Part shown: positions 52,966 to 63,891 of the stretch, piece by piece | Layout: every line of letters starts with the position of its first letter | Numbering within the stretch: the stretch's first letter is position 1 | DNA from: Mobula hypostoma | Lineage: Eukaryota | NCBI RefSeq assembly: GCF_963921235.1 | Contig: NC_086097.1 | Span: forward strand, 203,672,001 to 203,736,000 | Direction of reading: 5' to 3' | DNA: 64,000 nt | Program-made: the position numbers and the translations under genes | Notes under the pieces: generated by a model | What the model saw: the letters and a program-made list of their open reading frames with translations, nothing else | Told to the model about the DNA's origin: nothing | Database searches by the model: none

Positions 52966-54285
52966 TTATGTGGCGACCCACTTTCTATGCAGGCGAACTG
53001 GCTCACAAAATGTCGCTGGGCCTTCTTCACCAGCAAGGGGAGAAAGCCCGCGCGCGGGAAGAGACTTTTGTAATGCACCTCTGACATCATTTCCACTCGG
53101 ACAGAGCTGGAACGGAACTGCGTAAAAGCCAGTGCCGCAAAGTTTGAATAAACTAGTCTCGAGTGCAACTTACAGACTGCGTGTCGTTATTTCCAGCTCT
53201 ATGTGTAGCACATCGCTACACTATCCCACATTTCAAGAGACTCCCGAAGAAGAAATGTAGCCTAGGGGCAAAATCACTCACTCAATTCAGATAGATAGAA
53301 AATGTTCCAAGGGATTGAAAGGTCTAATTAGTTTGTACACTAGACAGTGTGGACAAAAGTTACAATACTGCTTAACATTCAAGTTGTAGGATTTATAGCA
53401 CAGTCGGCCATCACTTGGAACTAAAAGGATTCTTTGCAGACGATCACAAAGTTTTATAGTATATATTTTTTCTCAATAGCGACTTCCCTTCAGCCAGGAT
53501 AATATCTGAGAATGTCATTAAAAACAATCCGCATTTCTGATCCTCAACAGGCTGTGATTTCACACCTCCTTCCCATTAATATATGTAACTTGTTAGAGCT
53601 GGCATTTTCTTTACATATATTGGAGAGCATCGGTAAATATTCTCAATCCACTGTAACAGGTTGTTGTCCATCTTCCAAATGGATGTTTCATGTTTATCAT
53701 TTACTATCAACTCTACAGCTTCCAAAAATACAGCAAGGATTATAAATAATCTGCCAAACAAAGACACAACTGATTGTGCAGAAGCTGGACGTCTTGAACA
53801 AGGTCCTGAAGGAACTCAACAAGTCAGATGGCGTATATGGAGGGGAATAAACAGTTGATGCTTCAGGCTAAGACCCTTCGTCTCCTTAAAAGGAACTGCT
53901 TTACTTAACTGGAGAAGGAAAATAAATTAACTTTAAATGGCAATTGAATTAGTGAAAATAAAAAAAAGACCTACAGATGCTGAAAGTTTAAAATAAGAAC
54001 TGAAAACGCTGGAAATACTCAACAGGGCAGAAAATCAGGCTGCATCTGTGGGAAGAGAAAGCTACAGGTCAAAAGTCCTCTAGATTTCTTCCTAATTCTG
54101 ATAAAGGATCTTTGACCTAAAATGTTGATTTTGATTCTCTTCCCACAGATGCGACCTGACCTGCTATTTCCAGTGTTTTCTATTTTTATTTTATTGAAAT
54201 GGAGCAATATTGTGACCTTAGGACAATCAATGGTTATTTTCCCATAAACTGGTTAGCTCACTTTAACAAGGACCAACAACAAGTT

Positions 54286-54378
54286 AGTCCTGACGAAGGG
54301 TCTTAGCCTGAAACGGCGACGGTACCTCTTCCTATAGATGCTGGCTGGCCTGCTGCGTTCCACCAGCATTTTGTGTGA
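54286..54378 (+). mobile_element. Penelope-type terminal-repeat fragment with a hammerhead core
   Basis: AGTC CTGACGA AGGGTCTTAGCCT GAAA CGGC GAC at 54286-54320. Confidence 0.7.
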
Positions 54379-54889
54379 ATTACTATTTGAGATGGGTTTA
54401 TATAATGACAAATTCAATGAGACTCCCACAATGAAGCCAAGGCAGACAAAGGAACGAAGACAAAGTACAGTATCATCAGGCTCCTTATTTATACTCCTCA
54501 GTCAGTAAGGATGATATCTGGGAACATCATTAAATTATTCACTGTTCTGATCCACAACTGGGTGATTGTACATAAGCACAAGTGATTCTGCAGATGCTGG
54601 AAATCCAGAGTAATACACACAAAATACTGGAGGAACATAGCAGCTGAGCAAGCCCTGATGAATGGTCTTGGCCCAAGAAGTTGATGTTTGCTGCCTGACC
54701 TGCTGATTTCCTCCGGCATTCTGTGTGTGATTTTACAGCTTCAAATTCTCAATATCTAGAACTTATTGTGGATTAAATGTTGTTAATTAAGCTAGCAGAC
54801 AACATTAAAAGATGAAAAAAGAACTTCTGTAACATTAAAAAAATTGAGATTAATATCTTATGATGAAATACATCACCATATCCCTCACT

Positions 54890-55155
54890 ATTATTTATTT
54901 ATTTTAAATTTATGGAGATACAGCGCAGGCCCTTCCAGGACTTCGAGCCACATAACGCCCGATTTAACCCTAGCCTAATCACAGGACAATTTACAATGAC
55001 TAATTAACCTATCGACCAGTACATCTTTGGACTGTGGAAGAAAATTGGAGCACCTGCAAGAAACCCCCCGCGGTCACGGGGAGAATGTGCAGACTCCTTA
55101 CAGACAAGAACAGATATGTTAAAGCAATGTGCTAATGGCTACACTACCATGCCGT
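54890..55155 (-). mobile_element. tRNA-derived V-type SINE
   Basis: Same core as the copies at 36100 and 39301; (AAAT)n tail on the minus strand. Confidence 0.7.
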
Positions 55156-57367
55156 ATTCTTGGAGGACTTATTTTAAATCCAAAACAGCATAATTCTTCA
55201 CAATATGTGACTTGTAAATCTTAAAATCATACAATTTCTGTTTGTATTTTGAAATTCTGGTAACTTCCTAGGGTTCTTGTGTCTAGAACATTCATCTTGA
55301 TAGATTGGAAAATTCATGAGAAATGTGGGCACAAATTCTCAGAAGAAGCTCCATGAGCAATTCCCTATAGACAGAGTGAAAAATCATAAAATATTGTAAA
55401 CTGTATATAATATTTCTCCATTACTGTCATAATATAAATGGGGGAAAAATTTCCTTTGGGAATTGAAAATATACTTATATTAGTCTGTTGAAAATAAGCA
55501 TTTTCACAAGTAACTTCCAAGAACCATGTTCTTAGATGGGAAAGTAACTGGAAGAGATTCACAAGAGGTTTCGTTTTTCCTTTATCCCCACATGATACTT
55601 ACCTACTATCAGTTCTGTCCCCAGATAATCATTTAAGGAAAAGAGTGAGAAGAGGGAAGGGATGAATTTTGAGAAGAGAAAATCATTCCTAAATAACAAA
55701 ACCACTTTTCAACTATTGATTCTAAAGTTTGTAAAGAAACACACAAATCCTTTATCTGGTTATTTATAATCCTTTATCTTCTTATTTCTATTTCCCTGGG
55801 AACAGAAAAATACATTGAAAGAAAATGCATGCACGGTGATACTTGAAGAGTGTAGAGAATTAGAGTGTAGATAGTTCATCGTTCTCTGATCTTGTCTGAA
55901 GAGTTTTAAGTGCTGCATTCATACAGAGGAAGAACCATGCTTGGCTTAGAATCTCTCACTCACTCTTGAATTTGTTTGCATCTTTTCCTTTCAGAGGGGA
56001 GATTAGTAACTGAGTCCACACTAATATTTACTTGTCATATAAATATTGGCATTCGACAGATAATTAGACGAAGAATTTGAGTAATGGAAAAATCCTTTAC
56101 ATCGGAAATGTTGCAACAGATGTGTGAGGAATCTCCTGAGGAAGCAGGTGGTTTGAATTCTACAGACAGGTGCTATGTGCCTCCTGTGTTAAGGGCACTG
56201 TGCCTTCTAGCCAAGAGTCTACCTTACAAAACACATTTTTTTTCTAAACTTTGTTCTGGAAAGCTGAGTTGTTGTCATGTTGAATGTAGTCAGGGATGTT
56301 GCAATTTGTTCCAGTGAAGAGAACTTTCTTTGCTGAGAAATTGCTGTTGGATGAAAATATACCTGTTCTTTGATAATTGATTAGAAAAATGATTATGGTG
56401 GTGTCTATTTAAAATCTCTTATATTTTAATTTTCATTGCCTTCACTAGAAATTAAAACTGAGAGAGATACAAGTATGCCATTGCACAATGACAAGATTTA
56501 TCCTATAGCTTTTTCAGATTCAACACTGAACTTTTTTGCTCACATGAGGTAAAGTTGATTGAGAACATAATGGTGTATTTCTCTTATTCTTCATGGCTGC
56601 TTTATTTCATCATTTCATTTTACAGCTTGTTTACTCTTACACCTATCACTCATCTTGCCCCCGCTTCCTTCCTTTGTAAGCAAAGGTTGTCCTCAAATCA
56701 CTGCAATGTTATTCTTTCATCAGCCACTAAAATATGCATGAAGCAGGTCACTGTGCAAGAGAGATAATTTTCCCTCCTGCACTGGAAAATCGCTATACTT
56801 TACACTTCTCTCTCAACCTTTCTGAGCTGGCAGTTTGGTGCACTTCTGACTTTATTCCCATAAGTAGTTGGAGTTTGTATTTCCATTGGTGTAAATTTCT
56901 TCCCCAAGAGGAACAGCTCAAATGGCTAAATTGCTCTAAGTTTATAACACATTGAGTTTTGCAATCTTTTCTCTTTGAATCAGACTTAGTAAAATCATAC
57001 AATAAATCTTTGTTCAAATTGTTTGCACTGTATTGCTTATGTTTTCTCTTATCTTCAGTTTTGAGGAACTCAGGAATCAAATCCTAAAAAAAAGAGTAAT
57101 TCTCTCTAGTTTTGACAATGTGAAAGACAATGACACTTACAGTTGAAGTCAGAAGTTTACATACACCTTAGTGAAATACATTTAAACCCAGTTTTTCACA
57201 ATTCCTGACATTTAATCCTAGAAAACATTCCCTGTCTTAGGTCAGTTAGGATCACTACTTTATTTTAAGAATGTGAAATATCAGAATAATAGTAGAGAGA
57301 ATGATTTATTTCAGCTTTTATTTCTTTCATCCCTTTTCCAGTGGGCCAGAAGTTTACATACACTTTG

Positions 57368-58333
57368 TTAGTATCTGGTAGCATTGCCTTTAAACTGTTT
57401 AACCTGGGTCAAACGTTTTGGGTAGCCTTCCACAAGCTTCTCACAGTAAGCTGCTGCAATTTTGTTCCATTCCTCCAGACAGAACTGGTGCAACTGAGTC
57501 AGGTTTGTAGGCCTCCTTGCTCGCACACGTTTTTTCAGTTCTGCCCACAAATTTTCTATTGGATTGAGGTCAGGGCTTTGTGATGTTCACTCCAATACCT
57601 TGACTTTGTTGTCATTAAGCGATTTTGTCACAACTTTGGAGGTGTGCTTGGGGTCATTTTCCATTTGGAAGACACATTTGTGACCGAGCTTTAACTTCCT
57701 GGCTGATATCTTGAGATGTTGCTTCAATATATCCATATAATTTTCCTTCCTCATGATGCCATCTATTTTGTGAAGTGCACCAGACCCTCCTGCAGCAAAG
57801 CACCCCCACAACATGATGCTGCCACCCCATGCTTCACCGTTGGGATGGTGTTTTTCGGCTTGCAAGCCTCACCCTTTTCCCTCCAAACATAACGATGGTC
57901 ATTATGGCCAAACAGTTCAATTTTTGTTTCATCAGACCAGAGGACATTTCTCCAGAAAGTAAGATCTTTGTCCCCATGTGCACTTGCAAACTGTAGTCTG
58001 GCTTTTTTATGGCAGTTTTGGAGCAGTGGCTTCTTCCTTGCTGAGCAGCCTTTCAGGTTATGTCGATATAAGACTCGTTTTACTGTGGATATAGATACTT
58101 GTCCCCCTGTTTCGTCCAGCATCTTCACAAGGTCTTTTGCTATTGTTCTGGGATTGATCTGCACTTTTCAAGTCAAAGTACGTTCATCTCTAGGAGACAG
58201 AATGCGTCTCCTTCCTGAGCGGTATGACGACTGCGTGGTCCCATGGTGTTTATATTTGCGTACTATTGTTTGTACAGATGAACATGGTACCTTCAGGCAT
58301 TTGGAAATTGCTCCCAAGGGTAAACCAGACTTG
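57368..58333 (-). pseudogene. Tc1 (SB-type) transposase lacking its N-terminus, with stops and a frameshift
   Basis: VQTIVRKYKHHG, WSDETKIELFG, MLWGCFAAGG, QMENDPKH (second catalytic D changed to E), SPDLNPIENLW, KGNATRY*. Confidence 0.93.
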
Positions 58334-58696
58334 ACATCATTTTCTGACCTCAATTCAACAGAAAATTTGTGGGCAGAACTGATAAAGCGTGTGCGAGCAA
58401 GGAGGCCTACAAACCTGACTCAGTTACACCAGTTCTGTCTAGAGGAATGGAACAAAATTCCAGCAACTTACTGTGAGAAGCTTGTGGAAGGCTACCCAAA
58501 ACGTTTGACCCAAATTAAACAATTTAAAGACAATGCTACCAAATACTAACAAAAGTGTATGTAAACTTCTGACCCTCTGGGAAAGTGATGAAAGAAATAA
58601 AAGCTGAAATAAATCATTCTCTCTACTATTATACCGACATTCCACATTCTTAAAATAAAGTAGTGATCCCAACTGACCTAAGACAGGGAACGTTTT

Positions 58697-60280
58697 AGAA
58701 ACATAGAAAATAGGTGCAGGAGTAGGCCATTCCGCCCTTCGAGCCTGCACCGCCATTCAGTATGATCATGGCTGATCATCCAACTCAGAACTCTGTACCA
58801 GCCTTCTCTCCATACCCCCTGATCCCCTTAGCCGCAAGGGCCATATCTAACTCTCTCTTAAATATAGCCAATGAACTGGCCTCAACTGGTTCCTGTGGCA
58901 GAGAATTCCACAGATTCACCACTCTCTGTGTGAAGAAGTTTTTCCTAATTTCGATCCTAAAAGGCTTCCCCTTTATCCTCATACTGTGACCCCTCGTTCT
59001 GGACTTCCCCAACATCAGGAACAATCTTCCTGCATCTAACCTGTCCAATCCCTTTAGAATTTTATATGTTTCAATAAGATTACCCCCTCAATCTTCTAAA
59101 TTCCAGCGAGTATAAGCCTAGTCAATCCAGTCTTTCATCATATGAAAGTCCTGCCATCCCAGGAATCAATCTGGTGAACCTTCTTTGTACTCCCTCTATG
59201 GCAAGGATGTCTTTCTTCAGATTAGGTGACCAAAACTGCACACAATACTCCAGGTGTGGTCTCACCAAGGCCTTGTACAACTGCAGTAGAACCTCCCTGC
59301 TTCTGTACTCGAATCCTCTCACTATAAATGCCAGCATACCATTTGCCTTTTTCACCGCTTGCTGTACCTGCATGCCCACTTTCAATGACTGGTGTATAAT
59401 GACACCCAGGTCTTGTTGCACCTCCCCTTTTCCTAATCGGCCACCATTCAAATAATAATCTGTTTTCCTGTTTTTGCCACCAAAGTGGATAACCTCACAT
59501 GTATCCACATTAAATTGCATCTGCCATGAATTTGCCCACTCACCTAACCTATCCAAGTCACCCTGCATCCTCTTAGCATCCTCCTCACAGCTAACACTGC
59601 CGCCCAGCTTCATGTCATCTGCAAACTTGGAGATGCAGCATTTAATTCCTTCATCTAAGTCATTAATATATATTGTAAACAACTGGGGTCCCAGCACTGA
59701 GCCTTGCAGTACCCCATTAGTCACTGCCTGCCATTCTGAAAAAGTCCCGTTTATTCCCACTCTTTGCTTCCTGTCTGACAACCAATTCTCTATCCACATC
59801 AATACCTTACCCCCAATACCGTGTGTTTTACGTTTGCACACTAATCTCCTGTGTGGGACCTTGTCAAAAGCCTTTTGAAAATCCAAATATACCATATCCA
59901 CTGGTTCTCCCCAATCCACTCGACTAGTTACATCCTCAAAAAATTCTATGAGATTCGTCAGACATGATTTTCCTTTCACAAATCTATGCTGACTTTGTCC
60001 GATGATTTCACTGCTTTCCAAATGTGCTGTTATCACATCTTTGATAACTGACTCTAGCATTTTCCCCACCACCGATGTTAGGCTAACCGGTCTATAATTC
60101 CCCAGTTTCTCTCTCCCTCCTTTTTTAAAAAGTGGGGTTACGTTAGCCACCCTCCAATCCTCAGGAACTAGTCCAGAATCTAAAGAGTTTTGAAAAATTA
60201 TCACTAATGCATCCACTATTTCTTGGGCTACTTCCTTAAGCACTCTAGGATGCAGACCATCTGGCCCTGGGGATTTATCT
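58697..60280 (-). mobile_element. Young CR1 copy (5'-truncated) inside the Tc1 arm
   Basis: ORF 59122..60243 RT; near-identical to 40273-41862. Confidence 0.95.
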
Positions 60281-60358
60281 AGGATTTTTCTAGGATTGAA
60301 TGTCAGGAATTGTGAAAAACTGAGTTTAAATGTTTTTGGCTAAGGTGTATGTAAACTT

Positions 60359-60864
60359 GAAGTTCTCTCTGGAGCAAGTCTACCATCAGTCCACACACTG
60401 CTGATGAGAGCACAGACCCGGTGTGCAGGTCATGTCATCCGCATGCCAGATGAGCGCATACCCAAGCAGCTCCTTTTTGGGGAACTCTCTGCTGGAAGAC
60501 GCTCACATGGAGGGCAGAAGAGACATTACAAAGACAAATTAAAGGCCTCCCTGAAGTCATTTGGCATAGACACGACCTCCTGGGAAATACTGGCACAAAA
60601 CCGTCCTACCTGGCGCGGCCTCATCCACAAGGGCTGTCAAGCTTACGAAGCAAGGCGCAATGCCAAAGCACACCATAAGCGCGAGCTGCGCAAGTCCAGA
60701 GCCACCAGCGCAACAACTGCAGTGCCTACACATGTCTGCCCAACATGTGCCAGGACATTCTGTGCCCGAATTGGCCTGACCAGTCATCTTCGGACACACC
60801 GCATCCAGTCTCAAAGTGACTGATGGTGTCGAGGCCTTCATTAACGATGATGGACGAACCACAC
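60359..60864 (+). mobile_element. RTE LINE 3' fragment
   Basis: ORF 60404..60823 AGHVIRMPDERIPKQLLFGEL..CPTCARTF..HLRTH; 10-bp TSD ATGTAAACTT at 60349-60358 and 60865-60874. Confidence 0.9.
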
Positions 60865-60984
60865 ATGTAAACTTCTGACTTCAACTTTAAATTATTAAAT
60901 CTAATTTTCCTTTCTAGCTGATTTGGAATAATATTAATCTTGAAATGCGTAATTCCCCACCATACTCCTTCACCTCATGATCAC

Positions 60985-61483
60985 AGTGCTATGGTAGTGT
61001 TGCAATTAGTGCGATGTTATTCCAGTTTGGGGCATTGTAGTTCAGGGTTCAATTCCGGCATCCGCTGTAAAAAGAAGTTTGTATGTCCTTCACGTTGAGC
61101 ACGTGGGTGCTCTGGTTTCCTCCCACAGTCTAAAGATGTGCCAGTTAGTAGATTAATGGGTCATTGTAACCATATAACCATATAACTGTATAACAATTAC
61201 AGCACGGAAACAGGCCATCTCAGCCTTTCTAGTCTGTGCTGAACTCTTACTCTCACCTAGTCCCACCGACCTGCACTCTGCCCATAACCCTCCATTCCTT
61301 TCCTGTCCATGTATCTATCGAATTTAACTTTAAATGACAATATCGAACCTGCCTCAACCACTTCTGCTGTAAGTTATCCCGTGATTAGGCTGTGGTTAAA
61401 TTGGTAGGTTGCTGGGCAGCACAGCTTGGTGGGCAGCTATTTCACGCTGTATCTAAATATAAAATAAATAAAATAAAATAAAA
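60985..61483 (+). mobile_element. V-type SINE interrupted by a CR1 3' tip (61170-61367, minus)
   Basis: B box GGTTCAATTCC, core GGTTTCCTCCCACA, (AAAAT)n tail; insert flanked by TGTAA at 61165-61169 and 61368-61372. Confidence 0.75.
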
Positions 61484-63079
61484 TCATGGGGATAATGGGA
61501 GTAACTGCTGAGGCATTGATAAGTTCCAGCTCTGTTTTCTGTCAGAGGAAAACTACAGTTTAAATGGAAATCTGGTGATGGTTGAATTCCTTTATGTTTG
61601 AATCATTCAGCTACCTGAAAGGAGGAATGGAAAAATATGGTCTTACATTTCTGATATAAGCCATAGTACACATTTTCTTTTACTTTGCAGGTGAGAGTGG
61701 AGTGCTCTTGCATGTACAATGAGTATTAAGATCTTTGATGGTAAGCCATAATCTGTAGTTGGTGAACAGGTGCTTGCAAACATTCATGACAATGCCTAAA
61801 ATGTATGTGTGCTTTTAAGCCGGTACGCTCTGAGGTATCCAATAGATCAATAAGCAAATTAAGGCATTCCCACAGCATAAAAGAGAGCTATATGGGACTG
61901 ATAATACCAAAGGATCTTCAAGAGGCATGCCTCCGGTTTTAGTATCCAGTTTATAGATGACATGAAAAAGATAAATGGCCAATGAAATGATAGTTCTAGC
62001 AAATACAAGAGGTACAGGTTTCAGAAGTGACCTCAGTCATCCAGTTATGTTATCTGGAAAATCCTTGGATTAAACATTCTGAAAGTTAAATGATTAAGTA
62101 TTCAACTTCTGAATTTCAAACTCTTGGAATGCATAAGTAGGAACACAAAGAACCCAGTCTCTAACTGCACTTCAAAGACTGCTCATCGGTACAAATCATT
62201 TATTTCCTTAGCCTTTCTTTATTAAAACATATTCATTTATATCTGAAATTTTGATAGGCTTCTCTTCTTTTAACTCTAATAGTGACAACAGATAAAATGC
62301 TTGGATTAGATTTTTTGCTGGACTATTGCTGATTCCAAGACCCTCACAAATAAGTTAACTCTGTTTACACCTAGAGAGAATAGGAAGATCTACAAACGCT
62401 ATAAGAGTCTGCAACACTAGAACATGCATGAGGAAGAATAGTGGAGTTTGCCTACTTGTTCTAACTGATACTTATTCTTCAATGAGCTTCATTTAAAAAC
62501 AGACTTTTGAGCTGTTACCATTTTCTTGGGACCTTAGTATGCAGAATTGGTTAAAAATGTCTGTAAATGTACATTTAATGCATATTCTTTGTTTCCTTTT
62601 TGTCAGTCTGACGACTATTGGCTACCATCCACTTGAATTCTAACACTAGGACACTAGGAAATAAGAAGAAAAACTTCTGTCTATCCTGTTCTCTTCCTCT
62701 TTCTCTCTCTCTCTCTCCCCTACCTTCTCAGAACTCCAAGGTAGAAATAATGAGTGTACACTAATCACTGATCAGGCAGTTTACAGGTGTCTGTGTACCT
62801 ACCACAATCACTCAACAACCCCTCCCTGGGATTTGGTACAGCATTCTCATGGAATGAGTTTAACAAGCAGATTTTAGTCCTGCCACACCTGAATGTCAGT
62901 GCAGCAACTGTGGGAAATATTTCCCAGCTGTTGGTAAGGCTTGGCAGAGATGTGAATCAGTGTTCTTTGTGGGGGCTCTTTATTCACCACACCGGTGAAG
63001 GGTCTGCAAATGATTTGATCTGAAACCATTTTTGGCTTTCACTCGATCCTGCTTTGCATTCCATCCATTCAGAATTTGG

Positions 63080-63290
63080 AGTTTTGCAGCAGCAGTAAAT
63101 TGCAATGAATAACAATAATTAAAAACTATAAATTACCATAAGAAATACATACATATAAAAACTAAATTAAGCAAGTAGTGCAAAGAGAGGTAAAAAGACC
63201 ATGAGGTAGTGTTCATGGGTACGTTGTCAGTTCAAAAATCTGATGGCAGACAGGAAGAAGCTGTTCCTGAAACACTGAGAGTCCTCCTCT
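63080..63290 (-). mobile_element. Rex-like LINE 3' fragment
   Basis: Minus strand FRNSFFLSAIRFLN, matching the element at 14134-14368. Confidence 0.5.
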
Positions 63291-63454
63291 GCCACTTTAA
63301 AGTGCTAACACACATTCAGGGTCTGGGAAGTCATTTGTCTCTCTGTTCTCTTTCATTAAGCCTCTTACAGTCTCATGCTGGTATAAATTCTGATATTTAG
63401 CTACATCCTTTTCTTCGCATAAGCACATAAAACACCATACTATTCCTTCTTCTC

Positions 63455-63473
63455 TGTGCGTATGTGTGTGTGT

Positions 63474-63504
<31 letters not shown>

Positions 63505-63530
63505 CATGAGTGTGCTTGTGTGTTTGTGTT
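63455..63530. repeat. Imperfect (TG)n microsatellite
   Basis: Directly visible. Confidence 0.95.
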
Positions 63531-63891
63531 TCTATGTATTAACATATAGCACATTGAACTGTGTCCCATAGAAAGAGGACCTTCAGGTCATGACGCCCAT
63601 GCCAAACATAATGCCAAATTAAACTACATTGATTCTTGTTGTTGAGTAGCTCACCGAGCAGACATTTTGTTACCCAGCTAGGCAACATCATCAGAGCAAC
63701 TTTGAATGAAATGTTGGTGATCTACATTGTTCATCTTGCTGCTCAACCAGACCATCCTCAACCTGAGCTACAAATCTTTTCCTACAATTTTTCTCTCTGC
63801 ACATGCCCCACATCCCTGCATGGCATTTATACATGTGCTGTTGCAAATAGATACGTATGTTTTGGCACATGCAGATATACGCAGTTGCATT

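Larger units (their letters stand above)
49097..53220 (+). mobile_element. Full-length decayed Ty3/Gypsy LTR retrotransposon (CsRN1-like)
   Basis: LTRs TG..CA at 49097-49375 and 52969-53220; TSD CTAT at 49093-49096 and 53221-53224; gag LKLPTFW..WF; RT FIYLDDILIAS; RNase H; integrase after RT (FDHIHVDIVGPLP, VERFH). Confidence 0.96.
48570..53255 (+). mobile_element. Old RTE LINE 3' fragment (48570-49096 and 53221-53255) hosting the Gypsy insertion
   Basis: AVRSALLYASET..ILRI*WKD, KQLF, FTDVLKTSLKKFNI, IHLRA; (GAA)n end after the Gypsy element. Confidence 0.7.
57140..60887 (-). mobile_element. Sleeping Beauty-like Tc1 DNA transposon derivative with two nested LINE insertions
   Basis: TA|CAGTTGAAGTCAGAAGTTTACATACAC at 57140 and ..CTGACTTCAACTT|TA at 60887; IR/DR ends with inner DRs at 57338-57364 and 58554-58580. 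Confidence 0.95.

Noticed and set aside
53576..53767. Minus-strand exon-like ORF (LFIILAVFLE..)
   Set aside because: Moderate splice sites, unrecognised product, and its phases do not fit the other candidates
56084..56317. ORF MEKSFTSEMLQQ.. as a first coding exon
   Set aside because: Weak donor, no recognisable homology, and length expected by chance
57968..58549. 193-aa plus-strand ORF ending in the transposase C-terminus
   Set aside because: Artefact of the inversion junction (antisense transposase fused to the duplicated 3' end)
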